A stretch of DNA of 64,000 nucleotides, taken from contig OY820591.1 in assembly GCA_963555985.3 (NCBI GenBank), forward strand, positions 2,125,053 through 2,189,052, read 5' to 3'. Source of the DNA: Dehalococcoidia bacterium (GTDB lineage Bacteria; Chloroflexota; Dehalococcoidia; Bin125). The first letter of the stretch is position 1. Each line of letters opens with the position of its first letter. Below, piece after piece: positions 25,998 to 35,129 of this stretch. The notes under the pieces are model-generated. The model was not told where the DNA came from and ran no database searches. It was given only the letters and a program-made list of their open reading frames with translations. The position numbers and the translations under genes are program-made.

Positions 25998-27904
25998 CGC
26001 CCGCAGCGAGCAAGATTCGGCTGCACCGGCGTCTCGAACAGGCCGTCGAGGTCGAAAGTGGAGGTATAGCGGCGGTCGGGATTGTCGCGCTCGTGAGCCT
26101 CAACAGTGAACACGCCATCGGCCCGGGCTGCCCACGCCAGTTGTGAGATCAAGTCACGGGCGTCTTCTCGCCCTGTCCATTTGTATTCGGTATCGCCCCA
26201 GCTTCCCCAACCCGAGCGCCACTCTTCGCTCTGCACCTCGCCACCGTCGATACGGTACAGAATCGTCCAGTCCAAGTCGGCCTCAACCTGCCAATAGATA
26301 TCCACTTCCAGCCGATCACTCCCGCACTGAACAGACAGTCGCGCTTCACGACCGGTCTGGCCGATCGCAGTGTCCATCGCGACAAAAGAACGAAAATCGC
26401 CGCTCTCCTCATCGGCGTATGCGCCCCACCACATCTCATCATCACCGCCCCAACCGATGTACAACCCTGACATCTCTTCGTCGAGTCCTCCTAACATCGC
26501 GCCCGATGCTGCGTCGCACAAATCAGGCCAACTGCCCTCCAATCGTGGACTACAGAACAGTTCGCCAATTGCGCCGCTCGCCTCACTATGCCTGGCTCGT
26601 ACTGGTGGACGCGACGCAATCTCAATGCCGTAGCGCTTCGCCTCATCTCGGGCAGCATCGACATCAGCGATCGGGAAGTAACGTTCCCACAGACTGAGCA
26701 ACATGGCGGTGAACGCACCGCCGTGCCCGGCATCCCTCACGCTTGCCTGATCGACGATCGAATGGGCTAACTCGTGGACGACTGCGCCCAGGTTACGAAC
26801 CTCCGTACCGAGTGTAATCTCGTCCCGACTGGCGTGACCGTGAGATTGTTCGCTGCTGAATCGGACCGTCGGCGGAGTGCTGCGAGGAAAGTAGTCGGCG
26901 AAGATCGCGTTCACGACTCCTTGCGCCTCCGAGCGAGTTACATCGATCTGATCCAACGATGTACCGATCTGTCGCGACTCCCAAGCGTAGGCGGCATTCT
27001 GTTGCACATCACAATCGGACGTCGGACAGATTGTGACCAGCGGAGCGCTCCCGTGACATCCCTCAGATGCAGTGTCCACAAGGATGTGCTCAGTCAGAAT
27101 GTCAAGATCCAGCACTCCGCAACGAGTGCGATAAGTCCGCCCGTCAACCTCAAGGTCAAACTCGCCGTCGCGCGTCGTGATCGATGCCCCGCGCCGCAAT
27201 TCGCCGAAGGCGTGCCCAGACAACGGAGGCAACTGGAAAGCAGAAGTGAATCGCCAGGTATTGCGGGAGAGTCCGGTCAGCACCGGGCGTGTCGGCTGGC
27301 GCAACGCCTCCCATTGACCGTCACCCAGACGCTGTACGCCCAACTCGATCCCGCCTGTTGAGAGGCGCCGCGCCGAGATCCGGAGCACTTGTGTGCCGAC
27401 ATCGGTTGGATTGGCCAACTCAGGCGGTTCCACAGTGACGACGTCTTCGCAGTTCCGCGTGCCGGTCTGCATCTCCAGCCCATCGTCGTTAAGCGACAGG
27501 ATCAGTCGCCCGCAGCGAGCGTGGTAGCGAGTATCGCCGAGCGTAACCGTGAATTGCTCCGGTCCCGCCTCGTTGGACCATCCTCGATTGAGCACACTGA
27601 TCTCGGCTCTAGCTTGGACAACCTCGATTTCAACGCCTGAAGTGGTGTGCCAACGATCGGCGACGGCCGCGGCCGACAATATGTTTCGCGTCGGCGTTGC
27701 GAATCGCCAGCGACCGTCCACGCGGTATTGCAGCCCCACCGACACAGAGCCGTCGGCATTGGCGCGAGCCGCGAGCCTGATCTCCGCGCCGACCGGAGCC
27801 GACTCCGCTCCACTACGGATCGGAACGAACAGCAGCCCCCCGCCGATCAGGACGACAATCGCCACGATCCAGACGAAGCGAGGCTGGCACGGAACGGAAC
27901 GCAT
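25994..27904 (-). CDS. Membrane-anchored HExxH (zincin-like) protein with two N-terminal DGR-type modules
   Basis: ORF 25994..28126 trimmed to ATG 27904 (MRSVPCQPRFVWIVAIVVLIGGGLLF is a TM anchor). VVHELAHSIV is an HExxH motif. There are two repeats of [IRLAARANADGSVSVGLQ / LRISARRLSTGGIELGVQ] plus a Cys-pair segment. ATGA overlap with the upstream hydrolase gene. Confidence 0.6.
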   Translation of the reverse strand: MRSVPCQPRFVWIVAIVVLIGGGLLFVPIRSGAESAPVGAEIRLAARANADGSVSVGLQYRVDGRWRFATPTRNILSAAAVADRWHTTSGVEIEVVQARAEISVLNRGWSNEAGPEQFTVTLGDTRYHARCGRLILSLNDDGLEMQTGTRNCEDVVTVEPPELANPTDVGTQVLRISARRLSTGGIELGVQRLGDGQWEALRQPTRPVLTGLSRNTWRFTSAFQLPPLSGHAFGELRRGASITTRDGEFDLEVDGRTYRTRCGVLDLDILTEHILVDTASEGCHGSAPLVTICPTSDCDVQQNAAYAWESRQIGTSLDQIDVTRSEAQGVVNAIFADYFPRSTPPTVRFSSEQSHGHASRDEITLGTEVRNLGAVVHELAHSIVDQASVRDAGHGGAFTAMLLSLWERYFPIADVDAARDEAKRYGIEIASRPPVRARHSEASGAIGELFCSPRLEGSWPDLCDAASGAMLGGLDEEMSGLYIGWGGDDEMWWGAYADEESGDFRSFVAMDTAIGQTGREARLSVQCGSDRLEVDIYWQVEADLDWTILYRIDGGEVQSEEWRSGWGSWGDTEYKWTGREDARDLISQLAWAARADGVFTVEAHERDNPDRRYTSTFDLDGLFETPVQPNLARCGR

Positions 27905-28671
27905 CAATCGCCCGCAATCACCCCCGCCAACGCCGACGCCGCGTCCGACTCCAAATGATGACCACCCGCGATCTCCACCAACTCCGCATCTCCCAACAAC
28001 TCCACGTACTGCTGCGCGCACGCCGACGGCACCACCGTGTCCTCCGACCCTCGCACGACCAGCGTCTTCACTCGCACGTTCGGCAGCAGATGCGGCAGCG
28101 TCTGCGAGTACAGGAAGGGCCGCCACGCCGTCCGCGCCGTCATCTCACGATTCGCGTCCCACGCGATCAGCTGCTCCGTACTCGGATCCTCCCCATACAG
28201 TTCGTCGAAGTTCGCGGGATCGGCAAAGCAGGACTTCACGTAGTCCGCGTGCGCCTCGAGGAATTGATCCCGAATCTCCCCCTCATTCGGCTGCAAACCC
28301 ATTGGATTCACCAGCACCAGACCATCCAGCCGCGCCTGATTGAACGTAGCCATCTCTACGGCGAGGTACGCGCCGAAACCAAGACCCACCAGGGTCGCCC
28401 GATCAACCTCAAGCGCGTCCAGCAGCAGCGACGTCACCGCCGCCAGATCACGCACCGAGCGCATCCAGTCCCCCCGCTGCGTCCCGTCCCAGCCGGGCAG
28501 CGTGGGCAGGATCACGTCGTGCGTCTGCGACAGCTGCTGATGAAACGCGAGCCAGCCGGGATTCCCGGTCTCATGGTGGATCACCAGCGCGACCGGTCCC
28601 GCTCCGGCCCGCAGCACGCTGATCGGCAAGCCCGCGACTTCAACGGTGGTTTCGGCTGGAGCGTCTGACAT
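27904..28671 (-). CDS. Alpha/beta hydrolase
   Basis: Start ATG 28671 (MSDAPAETTVEVAGLPISVLRAG). VIHHETGNPGW, LVGLGFGAYLA elbow-like segment and VVRGSEDTVVP. Upstream ORF extension rejected. Confidence 0.7.
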   Translation of the reverse strand: MSDAPAETTVEVAGLPISVLRAGAGPVALVIHHETGNPGWLAFHQQLSQTHDVILPTLPGWDGTQRGDWMRSVRDLAAVTSLLLDALEVDRATLVGLGFGAYLAVEMATFNQARLDGLVLVNPMGLQPNEGEIRDQFLEAHADYVKSCFADPANFDELYGEDPSTEQLIAWDANREMTARTAWRPFLYSQTLPHLLPNVRVKTLVVRGSEDTVVPSACAQQYVELLGDAELVEIAGGHHLESDAASALAGVIAGD

Positions 28672-28805
28672 CTGCCACTCTCGTCTCTGTTCGATCTGAC
28701 CACGATCTGCGTTCGGTTCCGACGGCATGGTAAGGCAGAAGCCCGGCTCCCCCGCGCTGATACCCTCGCGGGCAGCGGATCGGCAAGCTGAGGAAGGGCA
28801 AGGCC

Positions 28806-31370
28806 ATGGCAGCGACGGCAACCCCGGAGACCCTGAACGTATTGACGGAAGCGGAAGCGCAGGCGCGAGCGGCGCAGATTTCGGACGTGTCCTACGAGCT
28901 CGCCCTGAGCATCCAGGCCGGCTCAGAGACCTACGACGGCGAACTCACCGCGCGTTTCAGCCACGCCGCTCCGGCGGACGGCACCTTCCTCGAATGCACC
29001 TCCAAGACAATTCACTCGCTCAGCGTGAACGGCGCAGCCGCTGACGTCCGCCACGAGCGCAACCGCCTCTACCTGGATGGCGCGTCGCTCGCGGCTGAGA
29101 ACGAGGTCGTGATCTCCTACACCAACGACTACGACCACATCGGCGCCGGGCTGCACCAGTTCGTCGATCCCGAAGACGACCGCGAGTACCTCTACACCCA
29201 CTTCGAGCCGTATGACGCTCACCGCCTCCTCCCCTGCTTCGACCAGCCCGACATCAAGGCGACCCTCGATCTCACCGTGACCGCGCCCTCCGAATGGCAG
29301 GTCGTCGCCAACTATCCGCCGACAGAATCGAACCCAGCCGAACAAGGCCGAACACGGCACGCCTTCACCACCACGCCGCGCATCTCTACCTATCTGTTCG
29401 CGCTGGTGGCCGGGCCGTACGTCCGCTTCGAGGATGCCTGGGAAGACGTCTCGCTCGGAGTCCTCTGCCGCGAGTCGATCGCGCCACACTTCGACGCGGA
29501 CGAGTTCTTCGAGGTCACCCGCCAGGGTCTGACCTTCTTCTCCGACTTCTTCGACTTCCGCTACCCCTTCGACAAGTACGACCAGGTATTCGTGCCCGAA
29601 TTCAACATGGGCGCGATGGAGAACGTCGGCTGTATCACCTTCTCTGAGCGCATGATCTTCCGCGACCCTCCGACCGAGTTGCAGCGTCTCAACCGGGCTG
29701 AGGTCGTGCTCCACGAGATGGCCCATATGTGGTTCGGCGATCTCGTCACGATGCGTTGGTGGAACGACCTCTGGCTGAACGAGTCGTTCGCCACCTACAT
29801 GGCCTACCTCTCGATGGAACACGCCACCCGCTGGTCGAATTCCGCCTGGTCCGCCTTCCACGCGCGGATGAAGGCCTGGGCTTACGAGCAGGATCAGCTC
29901 CCGACCACCCACCCGATCGCGGGCGAAGTGCCCGACACCGACGCCACCTTCCTCAACTTCGACGGGATCACCTACGGCAAGGGCGCAGCCGTGCTCAAGC
30001 AACTCGTCGCCTTCCTCGGCGCGGACGGCTTCCGCGAGGGGATGCGCGACTACTTCCGCACCCACGCCTGGGGCAATACGACCCTCGCCGACTTCCTCGC
30101 CGCGCTCGAACGCGGCTCCGGCCGCGAACTCGGGCGCTGGTCGGAGGCCTGGCTCGAAACCGCCGGCGTCAACACGATCGCGCCCCAGTGGGATGTGGCC
30201 GAAGGCGCGGTCAACTCCTTCACGATCCAGCAGACCGCTCCGGCCGATCACCCAACCCTGCGCCCTCATCGCACCGAAATCGCCGTCTACGACCGCGCGG
30301 ACGACGGCCCGCAATTGCGCGACGCCCAGCCCGTCGACATCGACGGTGCAGCCACCATCATCGAGGAGCTCTCCGGCGCGCCCGCGCCCGCAGCCGTCTT
30401 CCCCAATCACGACGACCACGCCTTCGCCAAGATCGCCCTCGACCAACGCTCGCTCGAATTCGTCCAAGCCGAACTCGATCGCTTCCCCGACAGCTTCCAG
30501 CGCCTCCTGCTCTGGCACACGCTCTGGGACATGGTCCGCGACCAACAATTCTCCGCAGCCGACTACGCCTCCCTCTGCACCGAGAAGCTGGCCGCCGAAG
30601 ACACCCTGGAGATCGCCCAAACCGTCGCCTACAACGCGCTCCACGCCGTCGGCTCGTATCTGCCCGAGGCGATGCGGCTCGACAGCGCCGCCCAGCTCTA
30701 CCAGTTCGCCCGCGCTCAGCTCTTCGCCGCGACCGAGCCGGACTTCCGCATCATGTGGTCGCGCGTGATGATTGGCGCGGCGCAGAACGTCGAGCACATC
30801 AACGAGGCGCTGCAACTGGTCGACGAAGGCACCGGCATTGACGGCTACGAACTCGATCAGGACATGCGCTGGTCGCTGATCACCAAGGCCACCGCCTACG
30901 GAATTCCAGGAGGCTTCGAGCGCCTGGAGGCCGAATTGGAGCGCGACGGCTCCGACCGCGGCCGCCGCGCCGCCGAACAAATCCGAACCTCGCGCCCCGA
31001 CCCCGAAGTCAAAGCCGCCGCCTGGACTCGCTACCAGGAAGACGCCGAGACCTCCCTGCAAATGCTCACCGCCTCCATGCACGGCTTCTGGTGGCGTCCC
31101 CAGGCGGAGCTCCTGGAGAGCTACACCGATCGCTTCTTCAATGAAATCCGCAGCGTCTTCGACAAGCGCGACAAGGAGTACGCCTCCCGCTTCTTCGGCG
31201 CTCTCTACCCGGGCCAGATGTCCCCCTCGGACATCGTGATTGACCGCTCCGAAGCCCTCCTCGCCGAGCTCGGAGGCGACCTCGTGATCCTCTCCCGCCC
31301 CCTCCGAGAAGCCCTCGACGAAGCCCGCCGCGCCCGAGCCTGCCAAGAGTTCGCCGCCGCCAATGCCTAG
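28806..31370 (+). CDS. pepN: Aminopeptidase N (M1 family)
   Basis: GAMENVG exopeptidase motif and HEMAHMWFGDLVTMRWWNDLWLNESFA (HExxH-18-E). Confidence 0.95.
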   Translation: MAATATPETLNVLTEAEAQARAAQISDVSYELALSIQAGSETYDGELTARFSHAAPADGTFLECTSKTIHSLSVNGAAADVRHERNRLYLDGASLAAENEVVISYTNDYDHIGAGLHQFVDPEDDREYLYTHFEPYDAHRLLPCFDQPDIKATLDLTVTAPSEWQVVANYPPTESNPAEQGRTRHAFTTTPRISTYLFALVAGPYVRFEDAWEDVSLGVLCRESIAPHFDADEFFEVTRQGLTFFSDFFDFRYPFDKYDQVFVPEFNMGAMENVGCITFSERMIFRDPPTELQRLNRAEVVLHEMAHMWFGDLVTMRWWNDLWLNESFATYMAYLSMEHATRWSNSAWSAFHARMKAWAYEQDQLPTTHPIAGEVPDTDATFLNFDGITYGKGAAVLKQLVAFLGADGFREGMRDYFRTHAWGNTTLADFLAALERGSGRELGRWSEAWLETAGVNTIAPQWDVAEGAVNSFTIQQTAPADHPTLRPHRTEIAVYDRADDGPQLRDAQPVDIDGAATIIEELSGAPAPAAVFPNHDDHAFAKIALDQRSLEFVQAELDRFPDSFQRLLLWHTLWDMVRDQQFSAADYASLCTEKLAAEDTLEIAQTVAYNALHAVGSYLPEAMRLDSAAQLYQFARAQLFAATEPDFRIMWSRVMIGAAQNVEHINEALQLVDEGTGIDGYELDQDMRWSLITKATAYGIPGGFERLEAELERDGSDRGRRAAEQIRTSRPDPEVKAAAWTRYQEDAETSLQMLTASMHGFWWRPQAELLESYTDRFFNEIRSVFDKRDKEYASRFFGALYPGQMSPSDIVIDRSEALLAELGGDLVILSRPLREALDEARRARACQEFAAANA

Positions 31371-31380
31371 CAGCGCGTCT

Positions 31381-31540
31381 CTCCCTCCTCCCCCTTGAGG
31401 AGACCTGCGCGTAATCCCAAATTCCGTCATTCCCGCGCAGGCGGGAATCCATGCAGCGCGTCTAGCGGCATCTGGATTCCCGCTTGCGCAGACCGTCGCA
31501 ACCCCCACTTCCGTCATTCCTGCGTAGGCAGGAATCTCGA
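31381..31540 (+). repeat. Composite REP cluster: ctcccc..tgaggagacctgcgcgtaatccc unit plus family C hairpins (ccgtcattcccgcg-N-gcgggaatcc)
   Basis: ccgtcattcccgcgcaggcgggaatccatgcagcg ... ggattcccgcttgcgcagaccgtcgcaaccc ... ccgtcattcctgcgtaggcaggaatc. The same composite order recurs at 62138..62262, and the left unit recurs at 60848-60890. Confidence 0.8.
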
Positions 31541-31719
31541 ACCTCCCAAGTATGAAGCCACTCCCAATCTGGTCGTACCACCAACCCTCACATCACGCGA
31601 TCCGATCCTCCAAGCTCCAACGCACCCACAAGATCCTGCCCCCGCGAAGACGGGAGTCAGAGAGGACGAAAACACCCCACCAAGAACCACCCACCACGAT
31701 CGCATACCCTAGCCACGTT

Positions 31720-32592
31720 ATGCAAAGCTTCGTCGCCCTCGACGTAGAGACCGCAAACCCCAACTTCGCCTCGATCTGCGCGGTCGGCGCAGCTCGATTC
31801 GACGACGGTGCAGTGGTCGATCAGCTCTACCAGCTGGTCGATCCGCGCGACGTGTTCGGCGCGCAACACGTCCGCATTCACGGAATTCAAGCCACCGACG
31901 TGATCGGACAGCCAGTGTTCCGCGAAATCGCCCCGGAACTGGAAACGTTCGTCAACGGCAGCGTCGTAGTCCACCACGGACACTTCGACCGCAACGCGAT
32001 TACGCAAGCGTCGCAGCGCTGGAAGCTGCCGCCGCCGCGTTGGGACTGGCTCGATTCGGCCCAGACCGCACGGCGAGCCTGGCCCCAGTTCGCGCAACGA
32101 GATTACAACCTGGTCAACGTGTGCCGAACAATCGGCTACGAGTTCCAGCATCACAATGCGCTTGAGGACGCGAAAGCGGCGGGCGAGGTGGTGTTGGCCG
32201 CCTCGCGGCGCTTGGGCGTGGAGAGCTTGGCTGCGCTGGCGCAGGCCTGCGATCATACGCCGGTGCTGACTCGTCCGCCCGAGTGGCAGCGCGGACTCTG
32301 GCCGGAGCATGATCAACGCCTGCGCGGGCAGGTCGTCGTCTTCGCCTCCGACGTGGAGCCGGCCCGCCGCGAGCGGATGATCGAGTCGATTCGGCTGCAT
32401 GGCGCTGAAGTCTTGGGCAAGCTCTCGAAGCGTGTGACGCTCCTGGTCGTGAGCGATCAAGCCTTGCGCACGAATCGCGCCTCCGCACGGAGCAGCCAGC
32501 ACCGCCGCGCCGAGCAGTGGATCCGGGACGGGCATCAGATTCGGATCGTGGCCGAAACCACGCTGGCGCTCGAACTGAAAGGACGGCGCTGA
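31720..32592 (+). CDS. DnaQ-like 3'-5' exonuclease domain protein with C-terminal BRCT-like domain
   Basis: FVALDVETAN (Exo I DxE) and HNALEDAKAAGEV (Exo III). C-terminal LRGQVVVFASDVE...RVTLLVVSD resembles BRCT. ORF trimmed to ATG 31720 because upstream is REP sequence. Confidence 0.75.
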   Translation: MQSFVALDVETANPNFASICAVGAARFDDGAVVDQLYQLVDPRDVFGAQHVRIHGIQATDVIGQPVFREIAPELETFVNGSVVVHHGHFDRNAITQASQRWKLPPPRWDWLDSAQTARRAWPQFAQRDYNLVNVCRTIGYEFQHHNALEDAKAAGEVVLAASRRLGVESLAALAQACDHTPVLTRPPEWQRGLWPEHDQRLRGQVVVFASDVEPARRERMIESIRLHGAEVLGKLSKRVTLLVVSDQALRTNRASARSSQHRRAEQWIRDGHQIRIVAETTLALELKGRR

Positions 32593-32593
32593 G

Positions 32594-33382
32594 ATGACAC
32601 AGCCGATCCGCATCTCCGCCTGCTACACCTACCCCGTCAAAGGCATGACCGCCCACTCCGTGGACTCCCTCCAACTCCAACCCGGACAGTCCGTGCTGGG
32701 CGACCGCGCCTTCGTCTTCGCTTTCGGCAACGCCGAGGTCATCGGCGCACACGGCTGGGTCTCCAAGCGTCAGTCGGTCACGATGCTCAACACGCCCTAC
32801 TTGGCGCTGGTCGAAGCCGGTTGGGACCCCGGCGAGCGCGTGCTCTCGATCAGCCTGCGCGGACAATCCAAGTCCGCCCAGGTCGACGATCCCGCCGCCC
32901 GCGTCGAGATCGCCGAATGGTTCACCAACGTAGTACTCGGACTACCAGAAAATCCCCTCCGCGGCCGCCCCGAACGCGAACCCCTGCGCCTGCTCGGAGA
33001 CGGCGAAAGCCGCTTCACCGACCGCGGCCCCACCCAAATCTCACTCGGAGCCTCCTCGTCCCTGGCCGATCTGTCCCGGCACGCCGGCGTAGACGTCGAC
33101 TTCCGCCGCTTCCGCCTCAACTTTGAGGTGGACGATATCGACGCCTGGGGCGAAATGGACTGGGTCGGCAAACAAGCCCAAATCGGAGCCGACGTAGTCA
33201 TCGACGTCACCGCCCCGATCCAGCGCTGCAACGCCATCAACGCCTCCCCCGTCGGAGCCGGCCGCGATGTAGAGCTGATGCAAGTCCTCCAACGCGCGTA
33301 CGGACACCTCAACTTCGGCATCGAAGCCAACGTCCTCAAAGGCGGCGCCATCTCCGTCGGCGACGAAATCGTGCTCGCCTAA
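32594..33382 (+). CDS. MOSC domain-containing protein
   Basis: 262 aa. N-terminal beta-barrel-like region (YPVKGM) and C-terminal RCNAINASP... pattern typical of MOSC proteins. Confidence 0.7.
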   Translation: MTQPIRISACYTYPVKGMTAHSVDSLQLQPGQSVLGDRAFVFAFGNAEVIGAHGWVSKRQSVTMLNTPYLALVEAGWDPGERVLSISLRGQSKSAQVDDPAARVEIAEWFTNVVLGLPENPLRGRPEREPLRLLGDGESRFTDRGPTQISLGASSSLADLSRHAGVDVDFRRFRLNFEVDDIDAWGEMDWVGKQAQIGADVVIDVTAPIQRCNAINASPVGAGRDVELMQVLQRAYGHLNFGIEANVLKGGAISVGDEIVLA

Positions 33383-33416
33383 CACGCCCTCATTCACTTC
33401 CCAACAACTCCTTGAT

Positions 33417-33453
33417 CTCCCCCTTGAGGGGGAGATGCCGGAGGCAGAGGGGG
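33417..33453 (+). repeat. REP family B copy
   Basis: ctcccccttgagggggagatgccggaggcagaggggg. Confidence 0.75.
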
Positions 33454-33529
33454 TGAAACGCCGCACTCCGCTCTACGAAGCCGCTAACCCAAACTGTCAC
33501 CCTTGCAACACCCCGACCAACCCGGTCCC

Positions 33530-33790
33530 GCCACAGAACACCAGTACATATAAGATCGACCGCAGCCAACGCCGCACCCACAACCAACGGAACCCGCCAT
33601 GACCGCAGCAACAGACCTGGACAAACCTGGACTCGCATCTCAATTCCGCTCAAAACACCCTCGAAATCTAGCCGGATCTGGACGGATCTGGACTTTTCCG
33701 GACTACCTGCCGCCGAATTCCCCGCCCACGACGGCAAATTCGCCCCGTCCAACCACAAATCCCGCGACCGGCCCTACCTGACCAACCCTT
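33530..33790 (+). repeat. Decamer-phased word-array element, copy W2, about 30 nt upstream of the 33822 gene
   Basis: acctggacaa|acctggactc (33615-33634) and ggatctggac|ggatctggac|ttttccggac (33674-33703). cagaaca..acatata box upstream, as in W1. Confidence 0.6.
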
Positions 33791-33821
33791 GCCCGACCCG
33801 AGCAGGCTCTAGGCTGTCGGC

Positions 33822-34577
33822 ATGGAGCGGTTTCCGGAGCAGTCCTGGGACCCGTGCGACCCGCGCACGGAGGAGCGGCTGCTGACTGCAACCGTCACCG
33901 ACGGCGCCCGCATCCCCTACGCCTCCAACTACGTCTTCCTGCTCGAACTCTCCCACCCCGGCGCCGACGCGCTCGGCTACGCCGTCTACAAACCCGCCAA
34001 AGGCGAAAACCCGCTCTGGGATTTCCCCGCCAACCTCTACCGCCGCGAAGTCGCCGCCTACCGCCTCTCCGAAGCGCTCGGCTGGGCCCTCATTCCCCCA
34101 ACGGTCGAACGCGCCGACGGTCTCGAATACGGCGTCGGCTCGCTCCAGGCCTACGTCCCCACCGACTATCGCCGCACCTTCTTCGAACTCCGCGACGACT
34201 ACGCCGAGGTGATGCGCCGCTTCGCCCTCTTCGACTGGCTCGCCAACAACGCCGACCGCAAGGGCGGACACGTTCTCCTCGGAGCAGGCGACCACCTCTG
34301 GGGCATCGACAACGGCCTCTGCTTCCACGTCGACGAGAAGCTCCGAACCGTGATCTGGGACTACGCCGGAGAGCCGATCCCACCCGAGCAGTTGGCCGAC
34401 GTCGAGCGTCTCCTCACCGAGCTCGCAACCAGCGGCTCCGCCCACACGCGGCTCTCCGGCCTGCTCAGCGACGATGAGCTCGGTCTCCTCGCCGCCCGCG
34501 CCAAGCGCGCCTTGGAGCATGGTTGCTTGCCGGAACCGCCTGCCGGCCGCCGCTCCTACCCCTGGCCGCTGGTCTGA
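33822..34577 (+). CDS. SCO1664-family protein (PI3/PI4-kinase-like fold)
   Basis: ASNYVFLLEL....AVYKP..GE.PLWDFP...L..REVAAY..S..LGW..IPPTV ... NNADRKGGHVL ... GIDNGLCFH matches my memory of this actinobacterial/Chloroflexi family. Confidence 0.7.
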   Translation: MERFPEQSWDPCDPRTEERLLTATVTDGARIPYASNYVFLLELSHPGADALGYAVYKPAKGENPLWDFPANLYRREVAAYRLSEALGWALIPPTVERADGLEYGVGSLQAYVPTDYRRTFFELRDDYAEVMRRFALFDWLANNADRKGGHVLLGAGDHLWGIDNGLCFHVDEKLRTVIWDYAGEPIPPEQLADVERLLTELATSGSAHTRLSGLLSDDELGLLAARAKRALEHGCLPEPPAGRRSYPWPLV

Positions 34578-35122
34578 CCCACACGCCGTCGCACCCACGA
34601 GAGCGCAACGCTCGCTCCCACCGCAAACGCGCCTGCGAGCGCATTGAAGAGCATGTCGGTCGGATCGAAAACGCGGCTCGGAATAACCGCCTGCACGCCC
34701 TCGTCGAGCAGGCCGAGCGCGGCTGTCGCCAGGATCGCGAGGAGCGGCGGAGCGACAACGCGACCGCCTTGCGACTTGCGCTCGGACAGCGCCTCGTAGA
34801 CCAACACTCCCAGCACCCCGAACTCGATCAGGTGCGAGCGCTCCGCGAGCGTCAGGCGCAGGAGCACCAGCAGGTAAACCGCTGCCAGTCCCAGCCAGAG
34901 GGCGACCTCCACGCCTCTCGGCCGCGCCCGTACGCCCTGGGCCAAGACCGTCGCGCCAACGAGCGCGATCATGCCCGCGAACAACGCCGCCTCCAGCAGC
35001 CTCCGCTCTCCCAACACATCCACCAACACGCCGGCCAGACCAAGCGTCGAGAAGATCGCCGCCACGACCGCCAGCACCCACAGCCACAAGCGCCGCTCGC
35101 GGCGGCTGCGAAAGATCGGCAC
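34556..35122 (-). CDS. VanZ-like membrane protein
   Basis: Four predicted TM helices. HLIEFGVLGVLVYEAL and LDEGVQAVIPSRVFDPTDMLFNALG motifs are typical of VanZ-like proteins. Confidence 0.6.
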   Translation of the reverse strand: MPIFRSRRERRLWLWVLAVVAAIFSTLGLAGVLVDVLGERRLLEAALFAGMIALVGATVLAQGVRARPRGVEVALWLGLAAVYLLVLLRLTLAERSHLIEFGVLGVLVYEALSERKSQGGRVVAPPLLAILATAALGLLDEGVQAVIPSRVFDPTDMLFNALAGAFAVGASVALSWVRRRVGQTSGQG

Positions 35123-35129
35123 CCGAGCC

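Noticed and set aside
21745-28671. A defence or accessory island formed by PIN-TA, HigBA and the hydrolase/HExxH genes
   Set aside because: The TA modules are separated by ordinary metabolic genes (MBL hydrolase, LLM oxidoreductase). No integrase, tRNA target, nuclease/helicase/ATPase defence genes or direct-repeat island boundaries were seen. The TA loci appear to be scattered single insertions.
28923-31517. 864-aa ORF on the minus strand, the longest ORF in the track
   Set aside because: It lies exactly antisense to pepN, which has unambiguous GAMEN and HExxH-18-E motifs. The product is Gly/Ala/Val/Glu-rich low complexity and its 5' end runs through REP sequence. This is a typical shadow ORF of a GC-rich genome.
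31381-31540. Possible CRISPR arrays at the repeat clusters (also 48270..48434, 60848..61030, 62100..62262)
   Set aside because: The repeats are palindromic hairpins from several different families with irregular spacing, mixed orientation and no unique spacers of constant length. No cas genes are present. They are REP/MITE-type repeats.
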